This document shows positions 56,107 to 64,000 of a stretch of DNA of 64,000 nt, piece by piece (within the stretch, counting starts at the first letter, position 1; every line of letters starts with the position of its first letter). The position numbers and the translations under genes were made by a program. A model generated the notes under the pieces. The model was not told where the DNA came from and searched no databases. It was given only the letters and a program-made list of their open reading frames with translations. This DNA comes from an uncultured Verrucomicrobiae bacterium. Lineage in GTDB: Bacteria > Verrucomicrobiota > Verrucomicrobiia > Palsa-1439. The stretch is from assembly GCA_963713705.1 (NCBI GenBank), contig CAVQMY010000054.1, positions 52,314 through 116,313 on the forward strand, written 5' to 3'.

Positions 56107-57553
56107 TGCCGCCTCCTTGGCCCCACTGAAAATCAAACGTGAATTGCATCGGGGATTTGCCACGAATCTGGTCCACCTTTAGGGCGGTCACTCCGCTCGT
56201 GGAGCGCAACTGGGTCAGCGTCCTCAATAATACGGCATTGTCCCGCGCCGTACCCGAACAAGTCACCGTGTTGGCGTCGCGGATTTCCACGGTCTTGGCT
56301 GAGACAACCCCGTCCTCGGGAAATGCCAGCGTCAGCTCGCGCAGCACGCTCAAACTGGGGAATGACCGGTCAAACCAGGGGCGATACTGCCGGATCTGTT
56401 GTTGCAAGCCGTCGAGTTCTTCCACTTTTTGTGACATCGCCCCCCAGCGTGAGCGCAACCAGGTGAGTTGCCATTGTTGAATCAAAAACAGTCCCACCAC
56501 CAGGAGCGCCACCGCGCCCGTGGTAGCGCCCGCCATGCGAAGCCGGCTGGAAGAATAGCGTGCCGCGAGTTGCTGCCACGGCGCAATTTTAGGCGGCAGG
56601 AATTCAAATGGCGCAGCCTGACGCGTCAGATAACGCGCTCCGAAACTGAATGCCCGGGAAACCGTTGCCCCCGCAGGAAGCTCGACGCCAAATTCTCCCG
56701 GCGAATACGCGGTGACCAATTCCATGGTCAATCCCATCGCGGCCAGGGGCGCCTCGATTTCGTTGGCCAGTTCCCCGGCAAGATCCGCCGGGCCAAAGAG
56801 ACTGACGCCGCGGATGGTTTCGCGGAATTCCGACGGCAGTTGCCCGAGGGTGATGCGCACTTCGCGCGCGACAACGTCGGAATGGAGAAGCTTGCGAGTG
56901 CCTTCAATTTCCAGTGCGCCTTCCAACGCCCGCAATGCGCCCACTCCGCCGCCGCAGGTGACTTGCAAATCAATGTTGTCTTCGCCAATGGCCAGTGCCA
57001 ATGCGCCGTCGGCAGACCCGACGCGGGGTGGTCGGAGGGCGGTGATACCGAGAGAGAAACTGACCGCCTTTAATCGGGCCCCCAGAAGGACCCGCTCCAG
57101 CAGAGCGAGGTGGTTCTCGGGAATCCCAATCAGGGTTGCGTACAGCTTTCCGGACGGCGCCTGCCATCGCGAGGTGGCCAACCGCAACGTGGCGACGTCG
57201 CAGGGGAATCCGCGCTCCGCTTCGATTTGCAGGAAGCTGGCCACGTCCGCCTCGGGCAACTCGGGTAATTCGACATGCACGACCAGCGCCCACTTCAGCG
57301 GCACACAGACAACGCAGTGCCGCTCGCGCACGCCGGCGGCATCCAAATGATTCCGAATTTCTCGACCTACGAGTTCGGAATCCGCCGTCAATGGATCGAG
57401 GGATAACGCCTCGGAAAACGACTGCAGCGCCTGGAGCGACCCGTTGGTGCGCCGCAACACAACGCCGTCCAAACGATCGCCATCCAGCGACAAGGCCAAC
57501 ACGGACGAGTGGCCCTGCCGCTTCCACGACTTCCAATTACGCCAATCCATCAT
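56096..57553 (-). CDS. gspL: GspL-like (PilM-type actin-like domain + TM + PilN-like periplasmic domain)
   Basis: ATGATG at 57553 is preceded by GGAGG. ...VLALSLDGDRLDGVVL... (actin-like fold start), a TM segment (GATTGAVALLVVGLFLI) and a C-terminal periplasmic domain. Confidence 0.6.
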   Translation of the reverse strand: MMDWRNWKSWKRQGHSSVLALSLDGDRLDGVVLRRTNGSLQALQSFSEALSLDPLTADSELVGREIRNHLDAAGVRERHCVVCVPLKWALVVHVELPELPEADVASFLQIEAERGFPCDVATLRLATSRWQAPSGKLYATLIGIPENHLALLERVLLGARLKAVSFSLGITALRPPRVGSADGALALAIGEDNIDLQVTCGGGVGALRALEGALEIEGTRKLLHSDVVAREVRITLGQLPSEFRETIRGVSLFGPADLAGELANEIEAPLAAMGLTMELVTAYSPGEFGVELPAGATVSRAFSFGARYLTRQAAPFEFLPPKIAPWQQLAARYSSSRLRMAGATTGAVALLVVGLFLIQQWQLTWLRSRWGAMSQKVEELDGLQQQIRQYRPWFDRSFPSLSVLRELTLAFPEDGVVSAKTVEIRDANTVTCSGTARDNAVLLRTLTQLRSTSGVTALKVDQIRGKSPMQFTFDFQWGQGGGSAN

Positions 57554-58935
57554 GACGCCTCCTTGCCCAGCGTCGACTGGCGGACATCCTGGCCGAGCGC
57601 CCAACCGAGACGGGTAAGGTCCTGTCGATAGAGGACCCTTGCCGTGCCGTCACTGATGTCGAATATGAATTTGACCCGACGATAACCTCGTCCATACTGG
57701 CCCACCGCTGCGATATCTGCCGCAAATTGAAAACTTCGCGTGGTAATGTAATCGCCACTTTCCAGACCCTGGATTGCCGCGCTACCTCTTCCCAGTGCAT
57801 CCACAATCCAAGCGATCGTCCCAAGATTGTTGGGATTGGACTGCCGGTAGCTAACGGCTTGCTGCGCGCTACCCAGATCCATACCGGGAAGGCAGGACAA
57901 CACGGTCACGCTGGCGGTATTGATGTTCACGCGTCCCGGCGTGTAAGCAGTCGTGCCGACGGCGAGATCGGGATAAATTTCCGCAAACTCGGTTTCGCTC
58001 AACCCGCTACGCAGGTAAAATTGCAACAATCCATTCAGCGTGGCGGCGGTCCCTCTCGCGGGGGCGTTCGTCCTCGTACCCGTTCCTCCAACAGTCGGGA
58101 GCAGTCGGCTGAGAATTTGCGTGGCGCGTCCACCCCCAAAATTACTCTGCAACAGTGTTCGGAGTTGCGCCGGGTTGTTGATGTTGGTGAGTGCGGTGCC
58201 GTCGCTATGCGAGTTCGGCTCGCGGCTGTAAACCGTAAGATATTCAATAATCCCGGGGTCAACCTGTCCGTTGCCGTCTTCGTCCGGCTCGCTCGGATCC
58301 AAAACCCCGTTGCGATTCAGGTCGTCGCCGACAAGGATGTCCATCGTCGTTCCATACACCAGCCGCACTTCGTCAACGGTCTCAAACGGGGCGCCTTTGC
58401 GTTGATAGGGCGGTTGCGCCATCGCGTAGTAGAGTTCCGTCCCGCCGTTGCTGTTCGGGTTACGCCAATCGAGGATCCCGTTGACCACGTCCGATGTCAC
58501 CCGCGGCAGCATCCCGAGAGTGTTCGTCGGGGCCGTGTTAAGGTTCAGCTTCGATGACTCGTCCACCAAGCCGAAGGTCACCTGATTGGGGTGCAGCGGG
58601 GGATAGCTGTTGTCCCGTCCGATGATCCAAAAGTGCGCGCCTCCGACCGGCACGTCTTCCGCCTGATACTCGGTGAGGTCGGGCATGACCCCGTTCGTGG
58701 CATACGTGGTGAGGACGTACCCGACATATCGCGCCGCGCCTTCAATAGCTTGGTCAGCTGCGACAGCGCTCGCACGATTGTCCGATGCCCGCAACTCCAT
58801 GGCCATCGAGTGCGCGAAATACAACGCGATGCTGACCAATCCAAGCGTGACCCAGAGGACAATGACCAACACCGATCCTCCGCGGGAATCGGCGGCTTGC
58901 GTTTGACCAACGTGTTGTAGGCAGCAACGCTTCAT
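57550..58935 (-). CDS. gspK: Type II secretion minor pseudopilin GspK
   Basis: ...GSVLVIVLWVTLGLVSIALYFAHSM...ASDNRASAVAADQAIEGAARY...GLVDESSKLNLNTAP... followed by helix-hairpin-helix-like repeats. Confidence 0.75.
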   Translation of the reverse strand: MKRCCLQHVGQTQAADSRGGSVLVIVLWVTLGLVSIALYFAHSMAMELRASDNRASAVAADQAIEGAARYVGYVLTTYATNGVMPDLTEYQAEDVPVGGAHFWIIGRDNSYPPLHPNQVTFGLVDESSKLNLNTAPTNTLGMLPRVTSDVVNGILDWRNPNSNGGTELYYAMAQPPYQRKGAPFETVDEVRLVYGTTMDILVGDDLNRNGVLDPSEPDEDGNGQVDPGIIEYLTVYSREPNSHSDGTALTNINNPAQLRTLLQSNFGGGRATQILSRLLPTVGGTGTRTNAPARGTAATLNGLLQFYLRSGLSETEFAEIYPDLAVGTTAYTPGRVNINTASVTVLSCLPGMDLGSAQQAVSYRQSNPNNLGTIAWIVDALGRGSAAIQGLESGDYITTRSFQFAADIAAVGQYGRGYRRVKFIFDISDGTARVLYRQDLTRLGWALGQDVRQSTLGKEAS

Positions 58936-58940
58936 GTCAT

Positions 58941-59663
58941 TCAGCTTCCGGCAGTTGGTACCTGGTTGGTGCGCGATTGAGAATCAATCGGAACCGTCAA
59001 AACGATCGGTTGCCTGGCGCGCGGGTCGCCGGGGCCTTCTCCCGCCAATTGAATGGTGACGCGGACGGCAATTGGCAAATTGGTGTCGGACACGGTCGTA
59101 TCCCAGGAATTGCGCCATTGCGTGCCGTCGTAACAATCGAATGTCAGGCTTTGCACGCGGCCCAGCATCCATTGGTCTTCGGGCACCGGAGTGATCGTCG
59201 CGAGGAGATTCCGGGTGATGCTGCGGACCAAATCCTGGCCCTGGTTTCCGTCGCCACTGGCCGCTGGACGGAGCTCATAAGTAACACACTGGACATCCCC
59301 CCACGGCTCGTTTTCATGGAGCGCGCCGGTGGTGGTGTACAACTCAATGGACACATTCTGATTCATAGCGGCGCTGGTGATGTCCCCCACCCGAAAATCG
59401 CCCGTCATCACGCCGTTGGTTGTCGGCGACATCGCCGACTGCAAATCATTGCGCATCGTGGCGAGCGCCAGTTGCGCAGGCTCGGATTCATCCACTGCCC
59501 GAATCGTGGCTTCGCGCAGACGCAACGCGCCAAAGAACACGCCGTTGATCGCGGCCAATGCGATGGCACAAACCCCCATGGCCAACATCAACTCCACCAG
59601 GGTAAATCCCCCCTTGTGGCCGGGTAGGCGGCGATATGGTTGTGCCGGACGGTTCATTTTCAT
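58941..59663 (-). CDS. gspJ: Minor pseudopilin (GspJ-like)
   Basis: From ATG 59663: MKMNRPAQPYRRLPGHKGGFTLVELMLAMGVCAIALAAINGVFF... (prepilin-type N-terminus). The start overlaps the upstream stop (ATGA). Confidence 0.6.
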   Translation of the reverse strand: MKMNRPAQPYRRLPGHKGGFTLVELMLAMGVCAIALAAINGVFFGALRLREATIRAVDESEPAQLALATMRNDLQSAMSPTTNGVMTGDFRVGDITSAAMNQNVSIELYTTTGALHENEPWGDVQCVTYELRPAASGDGNQGQDLVRSITRNLLATITPVPEDQWMLGRVQSLTFDCYDGTQWRNSWDTTVSDTNLPIAVRVTIQLAGEGPGDPRARQPIVLTVPIDSQSRTNQVPTAGS

Positions 59664-60070
59664 TGCTGCGGCAAGTTCACCAATGTGCTCAGACGCGTCG
59701 AATACGCCCGGTCGCGCGAGGTAAAGGTCACTTCCATGGTCAGGAGTTGCATCGAATCCTGTGGCCAAAGCGCGCTATGCAACTTCCACTGGTAGTCGTG
59801 TCCACCCTCTTGAACGGTCCCGTTCTGAGCGGTGACTCCCCCCGTGGTCGTCGTCACGGCGATCTCGTTCAGTTCGCGTTCGGCCACTCGCACGGCTTCC
59901 GCCTTGTGGACGGCAAGTTCGCCCGCCGCGCTAGCGATGCGCAAGCCATCGACCGCCACCGGAACCACGATGGCCATGAACGCCAGCGCCGCCAACACCT
60001 CGGCGAGCGTGAAGCCGGCCTCCGCGCACCGTTGGGATGGCTTCCTAGCGATTGATGTTTTGAATGGCAT
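59660..60070 (-). CDS. gspI: Minor pseudopilin (GspI-like)
   Basis: ...AEAGFTLAEVLAALAFMAIVVPVAVDGL...; 136 aa; called from its position in the operon. Confidence 0.6.
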   Translation of the reverse strand: MPFKTSIARKPSQRCAEAGFTLAEVLAALAFMAIVVPVAVDGLRIASAAGELAVHKAEAVRVAERELNEIAVTTTTGGVTAQNGTVQEGGHDYQWKLHSALWPQDSMQLLTMEVTFTSRDRAYSTRLSTLVNLPQQ

Positions 60071-60584
60071 AGGTCATGTGATTGGTTTGTTCGACCAACC
60101 AAAGAAGTGTTCCGTCCGCCCCCGCGAGACGCAGCGTCGATGGACTGGAATCGTCAATCGTCCCGTCGGGCAAAAACCGGACTGCGGGCAATTTCCGTCC
60201 ACCAACCGAAATCGGCGCGGCGTTGACCGCGTCCACCTGCAGGCCGTCCGCAACAGTGAAATCTTCGGCCCGCGGATCACCCGTGCGGGACGCATTCTCC
60301 AACTCCAGTCCATACGCGTTCTGTGACGAATCGATCCACAACAGCGCGGGTGCCCCCTCGGAGACCGCCCGGCTTTGCCCCGCGCGTGTCAGGGACAACA
60401 ACCGTCGCGCCTCCGAATCCAGCGTACGCCCCCGGAAAAAGCGGGACAGCACCGGCGCCGTCACGGAAATCGCGACAACCAGCAGCGCCATGACAAGGAC
60501 CAATTCGATCAAGGTAAACCCACCGCGGCGGGTAAATGCCGGTTGAAGGTTTTGTTTGTCACGTTGTTTGGTCCGTCGACTCAT
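60045..60584 (-). CDS. gspH: Minor pseudopilin (GspH-like)
   Basis: ...RRGGFTLIELVLVMALLVVAISVTAPVLSRFFRGRTLDSEARRLLSL... Confidence 0.6.
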   Translation of the reverse strand: MSRRTKQRDKQNLQPAFTRRGGFTLIELVLVMALLVVAISVTAPVLSRFFRGRTLDSEARRLLSLTRAGQSRAVSEGAPALLWIDSSQNAYGLELENASRTGDPRAEDFTVADGLQVDAVNAAPISVGGRKLPAVRFLPDGTIDDSSPSTLRLAGADGTLLWLVEQTNHMTYAIQNINR

Positions 60585-61033
60585 CTTCGGAGCGTCCAAT
60601 TGCAGATGTCGTCGTCGGTGCCGAACCGACCGTCCGGTCCCGCCGACGATATATCGTAGAAACTGGGGTTATGCTTACCGGGGCACTCATACTGATAATC
60701 GTTGCCCCACGGATCTTTGGGAATCGAGTCGCTTTGGAGGTACGGCCCGTGCCAGTTGGCGCCGTCGCGCGGCTGCTGGATCAGGTCCACCAGACCGTTT
60801 CGGCCCTTCGGATAATACCCCATGTCCACTTCAAATGCGTCGAGGGCCGTCTTGAACGTGGAAATTTGCGTGGCCGCCGCCGTCACCCGGCCGCGCTGGG
60901 ACACGCCGGAGAATTTCGGGAGAACGATGGCCGCCAGCGTGCCGAGAATGACCAGCACGAGCAGCAATTCGACCAGGGTAAACGCGTGTTGCTCCCGGTG
61001 AACGCGAGTGAATGTGCGAGAAATGTTCTTCAT
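60581..61033 (-). CDS. gspG: Type II secretion major pseudopilin GspG
   Basis: ...QHAFTLVELLLVLVILGTLAAIVLPKF...AATQISTFKTALDAFEVDMGYYP...NWHGPYLQ...KDPWGNDYQYECPGKHNPSFYDISSAGPDGRFGTDDDICNW. Confidence 0.9.
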   Translation of the reverse strand: MKNISRTFTRVHREQHAFTLVELLLVLVILGTLAAIVLPKFSGVSQRGRVTAAATQISTFKTALDAFEVDMGYYPKGRNGLVDLIQQPRDGANWHGPYLQSDSIPKDPWGNDYQYECPGKHNPSFYDISSAGPDGRFGTDDDICNWTLRR

Positions 61034-61046
61034 AATAGTGTGGGGG

Positions 61047-62292
61047 TTATTTGATGTATTGTTGCAAGGTGAAGATCGGTAGCAGCATCCCGATGAAGAT
61101 GGTGCCGATGAATCCCGCGATGAGAAACAGCATCAGCGGTTCCGCAAAGGCAACCGCGGTTTTCAATTGCCGGTCCAGATCGCCCTCGGTCACGTTCGCG
61201 ACCCGGACCAATTCCGTGTCCAACCGTCCGCTTTCCTCGGCGACGGAAATCATTTCCAGCACGGAACTGGGAAACAACCCGCGGCACTCCGCCAGGCTTT
61301 GCCCGAGGCGCTCGCCTTCCTGTACGCGCTCGATGGACGTGGCAACTGCGTCGACAAGAATCTGGTTGCCGATGGATTTCCGCGCGACGTTCAGTCCCTG
61401 CACGAGGGGCACGCCGGCGCCGAGCAGTGTGCCCAGCATCCGGCAAAAGCGCGCCATGGCAAACTCCGCGACCAGTGGCCCCACCATCGGCAGGCGCAGG
61501 ATCGTTCCCTCCCAGACGCGGCGTCCCTTTTCCGAGGCGAACCAATTGCGGATCATGAACGCGCCCGTGGCGAGGCCGGCGAGGACGAACAATCCATACG
61601 AGCGCACGATGTGACTGGCGGCAATGATCATCTGCGTCAGCAGCGGGAGCGAACCACCAAATCCCTGGAATAGTTTCTGGAAGTTGGGGATGAAATACAC
61701 GAGCAGAAACGTCAACACCCCGAGTGCGAGCACGAGGAGGATGGTCGGATACAACATGGCGCTCGTCACCTTCGACCGCAGTTCCTTTTCGCGTGATTGA
61801 AAATCGGCGATCTGAGCCAGCACCACGTCCAGAAAGCCACCCGTCTCACCGGCTTGCACCATGGCCACGTACACACGCGGGAAAACGTCCGGCGACTTGG
61901 CCATCGCTTCCGCCAGCGGCATGCCGTCAATCACCAGGTCGTGGATCTCCTTCCATTTCGCCGCCGCGGCCGGCGTGGAGGCTTCCGAGTAGAGGATGAC
62001 GAGTGCCCGGCTCGAACGACACGCCGGCGGCCAGCAAACTGGACAGCAGCCGCGTGAAATTTTCCAATGCCTTTGCGGACACGCGCTGCGACTGAAGCTT
62101 AAACGAAAAATCTCCGAGGTTGCCGAGGCTGGGACCGGCCTTTTTCTCGGTCGTTGCACCTTCTGAAAGACTGACCGGGCGCAACCCGAGTCCCTCCATT
62201 TGGCGAAACGCGTCGGGCCGCCCTGAGGCCTCCAACTGACCTTCGGCGACAGCGCCATCGGTCTGCAATGCTTTGTATCGAAACGTGGGCAT
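61047..62292 (-). pseudogene. gspF: Type II secretion inner-membrane platform protein GspF with one frame change near 62015 (or an assembly indel)
   Basis: ORF 61927..62292 reads MPTFRYKALQTDGAVAEGQLEA...ALENFTRLLSSLLAAGV. It continues in the ORF 61047..62258 frame as ...SRALVILYSEASTP...GMPLAEAMAKSPDVFPRVYVAMVQAGETGG... with the second GspF repeat to the C-terminus. Confidence 0.8.
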
Positions 62293-62301
62293 GGTTGTGA
62301 A

Positions 62302-63999
62302 TTATCCTGCGGCCTGGCTCGCCGCCGGAGCCGGGTTCGGTGATTCTTGTTTGGTTGTGCGGGCCACTTCCTTGGCGGTGGTCACGCTCAACACTTCCTC
62401 GACGGTCGTGATCCCCCGCGCCACCAGACGCCAGCCGTCTTCGGCCAGCGTACGCATTCCGGCGCGGCGGGCGGTGTCGCGTATCTGGTCCGTGGATGCG
62501 CTCTTGAGGATCAATTGCCGGATGTTTTCGTCGGTGTCCATCCATTCAAAAATCCCGTGGCGACCGAAAAAGCCCGTGTTACGGCATTCGCGGCAACCAA
62601 CCGAGCGATAAATCGCCACGTTGGCGGGTATCCCCAAGCTTGCCTTGAAAGCCTGAGCGGTCGGCGAACGGTCTTCCTGTTTGCAGTGGGCACACAGGAC
62701 GCGTACGAGACGCTGCGCGAGCACCGCTTCCAGCGACGAGGCGACGAGATACGGCTCGACCCCCATGTCCACGAGACGGGTCAATGCCCCGGGGGCATCA
62801 TTGGTGTGCAGTGTGGAAAACACCAAGTGGCCGGTCAAGGATGCTTGCACGGCGATTTGAGCCGTCTCCTGATCGCGGATTTCGCCTATGAGAATGACAT
62901 CGGGATCGTGACGCAGAATCGAACGTAGACCGCGGGCAAAGGTCAGCCCGGCCTTCTCCGAAACCTGGATCTGGTTGACGCCTTTGAGCTGATATTCGAT
63001 CGGGTCTTCGATGGTGATGATTTTACGGAGGGCGTCGTTGATTTCATTCAGCGCGGTGTACAGCGTCGAGGTCTTGCCGCTACCCGTCGGGCCCGTGACC
63101 AGAATGATTCCATGCGGCAACTGGAGGATTCGTCGAAAGCTCTTGAGTTCACGTTCTTCCATGTCCAGTTCGCCCATTCCGCGCAGGGTCGCGTTCTGAC
63201 GGAGCAATCGCATGACGACCGCTTCGCCATGCAGCATCGGGATGACGGAGACACGGATGTCGACTTCGCTTTCATCGATGCGGATTTTGATGCGACCGTC
63301 CTGAGGCAGGCGTTTTTCCGCGATGTTGAGATGACTCAGGATTTTGACGCGCGAGACGATGGCGGGCTGGAAACGTTTGAGCTGCGCGGGGACGGGGATT
63401 TCCTGCAACACGCCGTCGATGCGGTACCGAATGCGGAATTCGTCTTCGAACGGTTCGAGATGGATGTCCGAGGCCCGCAAATCGATGGCGTCGCGCAACA
63501 CCTGGTTGACAAAGTGAATGATGGAGGCTTCGTCTTCGGCGGCGGCATCGAGGTTGGTGTCGTCAATGTTGTCATCGACGACCTGAAACGATTTCTCCTC
63601 GTGCAACGTATCGATGGTGTCGGCGCCGACGCCGAGATGTTTCTTGATTTCGCGCTGGATCGCTTCCATCGATGCGAGAACGGGTTTGAGACTCAGCCCG
63701 GTGAGCGTCTTCAGCGAGTCGAGTCCCTGGGTGGCGAACAGGCGGCTGGTGGCAACCTCGGCGGAACCGTTCAACCGCCGCAACGGGAGCAGTTGCTCCT
63801 TGAGAAGGATACGGGCGGGAAAGAGTGAGAGAAGCTGGCGATCCGGTTCGATGTTTTCCAGGGTGGTATACGAGAGGCCGTATTCTTTGGCCAACCACTG
63901 CAAAACGTCTTCCTCGCTTTGCACAGTGTGCTTTGCGCGAACCAGAGCGTCCGCGTCAACAGCGGACAGTTGCTTTTCGGATACCATCCGCTCCAGCAA
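62302..63999 (-). CDS. gspE: Type II secretion ATPase GspE; the start may be ATG 63987 or lie beyond the window edge
   Basis: MshEN-like N-terminus; Walker A VTGPTGSGKTST; ...ITIEDPIEY..., ...DPDVILIGEIRD..., His box LVFSTLHTNDA; tetracysteine CAHC...CRECRNTG. Confidence 0.9.
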   Translation of the reverse strand: MLERMVSEKQLSAVDADALVRAKHTVQSEEDVLQWLAKEYGLSYTTLENIEPDRQLLSLFPARILLKEQLLPLRRLNGSAEVATSRLFATQGLDSLKTLTGLSLKPVLASMEAIQREIKKHLGVGADTIDTLHEEKSFQVVDDNIDDTNLDAAAEDEASIIHFVNQVLRDAIDLRASDIHLEPFEDEFRIRYRIDGVLQEIPVPAQLKRFQPAIVSRVKILSHLNIAEKRLPQDGRIKIRIDESEVDIRVSVIPMLHGEAVVMRLLRQNATLRGMGELDMEERELKSFRRILQLPHGIILVTGPTGSGKTSTLYTALNEINDALRKIITIEDPIEYQLKGVNQIQVSEKAGLTFARGLRSILRHDPDVILIGEIRDQETAQIAVQASLTGHLVFSTLHTNDAPGALTRLVDMGVEPYLVASSLEAVLAQRLVRVLCAHCKQEDRSPTAQAFKASLGIPANVAIYRSVGCRECRNTGFFGRHGIFEWMDTDENIRQLILKSASTDQIRDTARRAGMRTLAEDGWRLVARGITTVEEVLSVTTAKEVARTTKQESPNPAPAASQAAG

Positions 64000-64000
64000 C

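Overview
GC-rich bacterial window with PVC-superphylum hallmarks (DUF1559 prepilin-type protein, PEP-CTERM anchors, long beta-helix surface proteins); likely Verrucomicrobiota or Planctomycetota. The taxon call is an inference from gene content only.

Layout, left to right:
(1) 1-7.9 kb: a glycan-utilisation locus on the minus strand (GH1 beta-glucosidase, DUF1559 pseudopilin-like protein, CBM-like protein, GH5). It also holds a LacI remnant and a secreted 579-aa protein built from an uncharacterised module.
(2) 7.95-10.46 kb: an IS5-family copy and an IS630-family element inserted back-to-back in one CTAG.
(3) 10.5-19.1 kb: LacI regulator, sugar ABC transporter and two PEP-CTERM surface proteins.
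(4) 19.2-25.1 kb: two different IS4-family elements bracketing decayed flgK-flgL.
(5) 25.3-34.5 kb: small hemerythrin/ACT/Zn-ribbon/PNPOx genes, a 1015-aa tail-fibre-like mosaic-repeat protein, an NfeD-stomatin pair and an MFS transporter.
(6) 34.6-40.0 kb: an AmmeMemoRadiSam operon that also encodes a membrane spermidine-synthase-like protein.
(7) 40.2-46.9 kb: a multiply frameshifted TonB-dependent receptor, a 1055-bp IS1595-like remnant with intact ends, a PIG-L deacetylase, and a RES/Xre toxin-antitoxin pair in reversed gene order.
(8) 46.9-48.2 kb: the second, inverted IS5 copy.
(9) 49.3-64.0 kb: a sigma54-type two-component system followed by a complete T2SS operon (gspE to gspM, PilP-like gene, and a secretin split into two genes).

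Main points of interest: a 16-bp palindrome (TTGGTATCGATACCAA) recurs upstream of four transcription units. About 20 frame disruptions are spread over the window, and I cannot tell from sequence alone whether they are pseudogenisation or assembly indels.

No rRNA, intact tRNA or CRISPR array was found.
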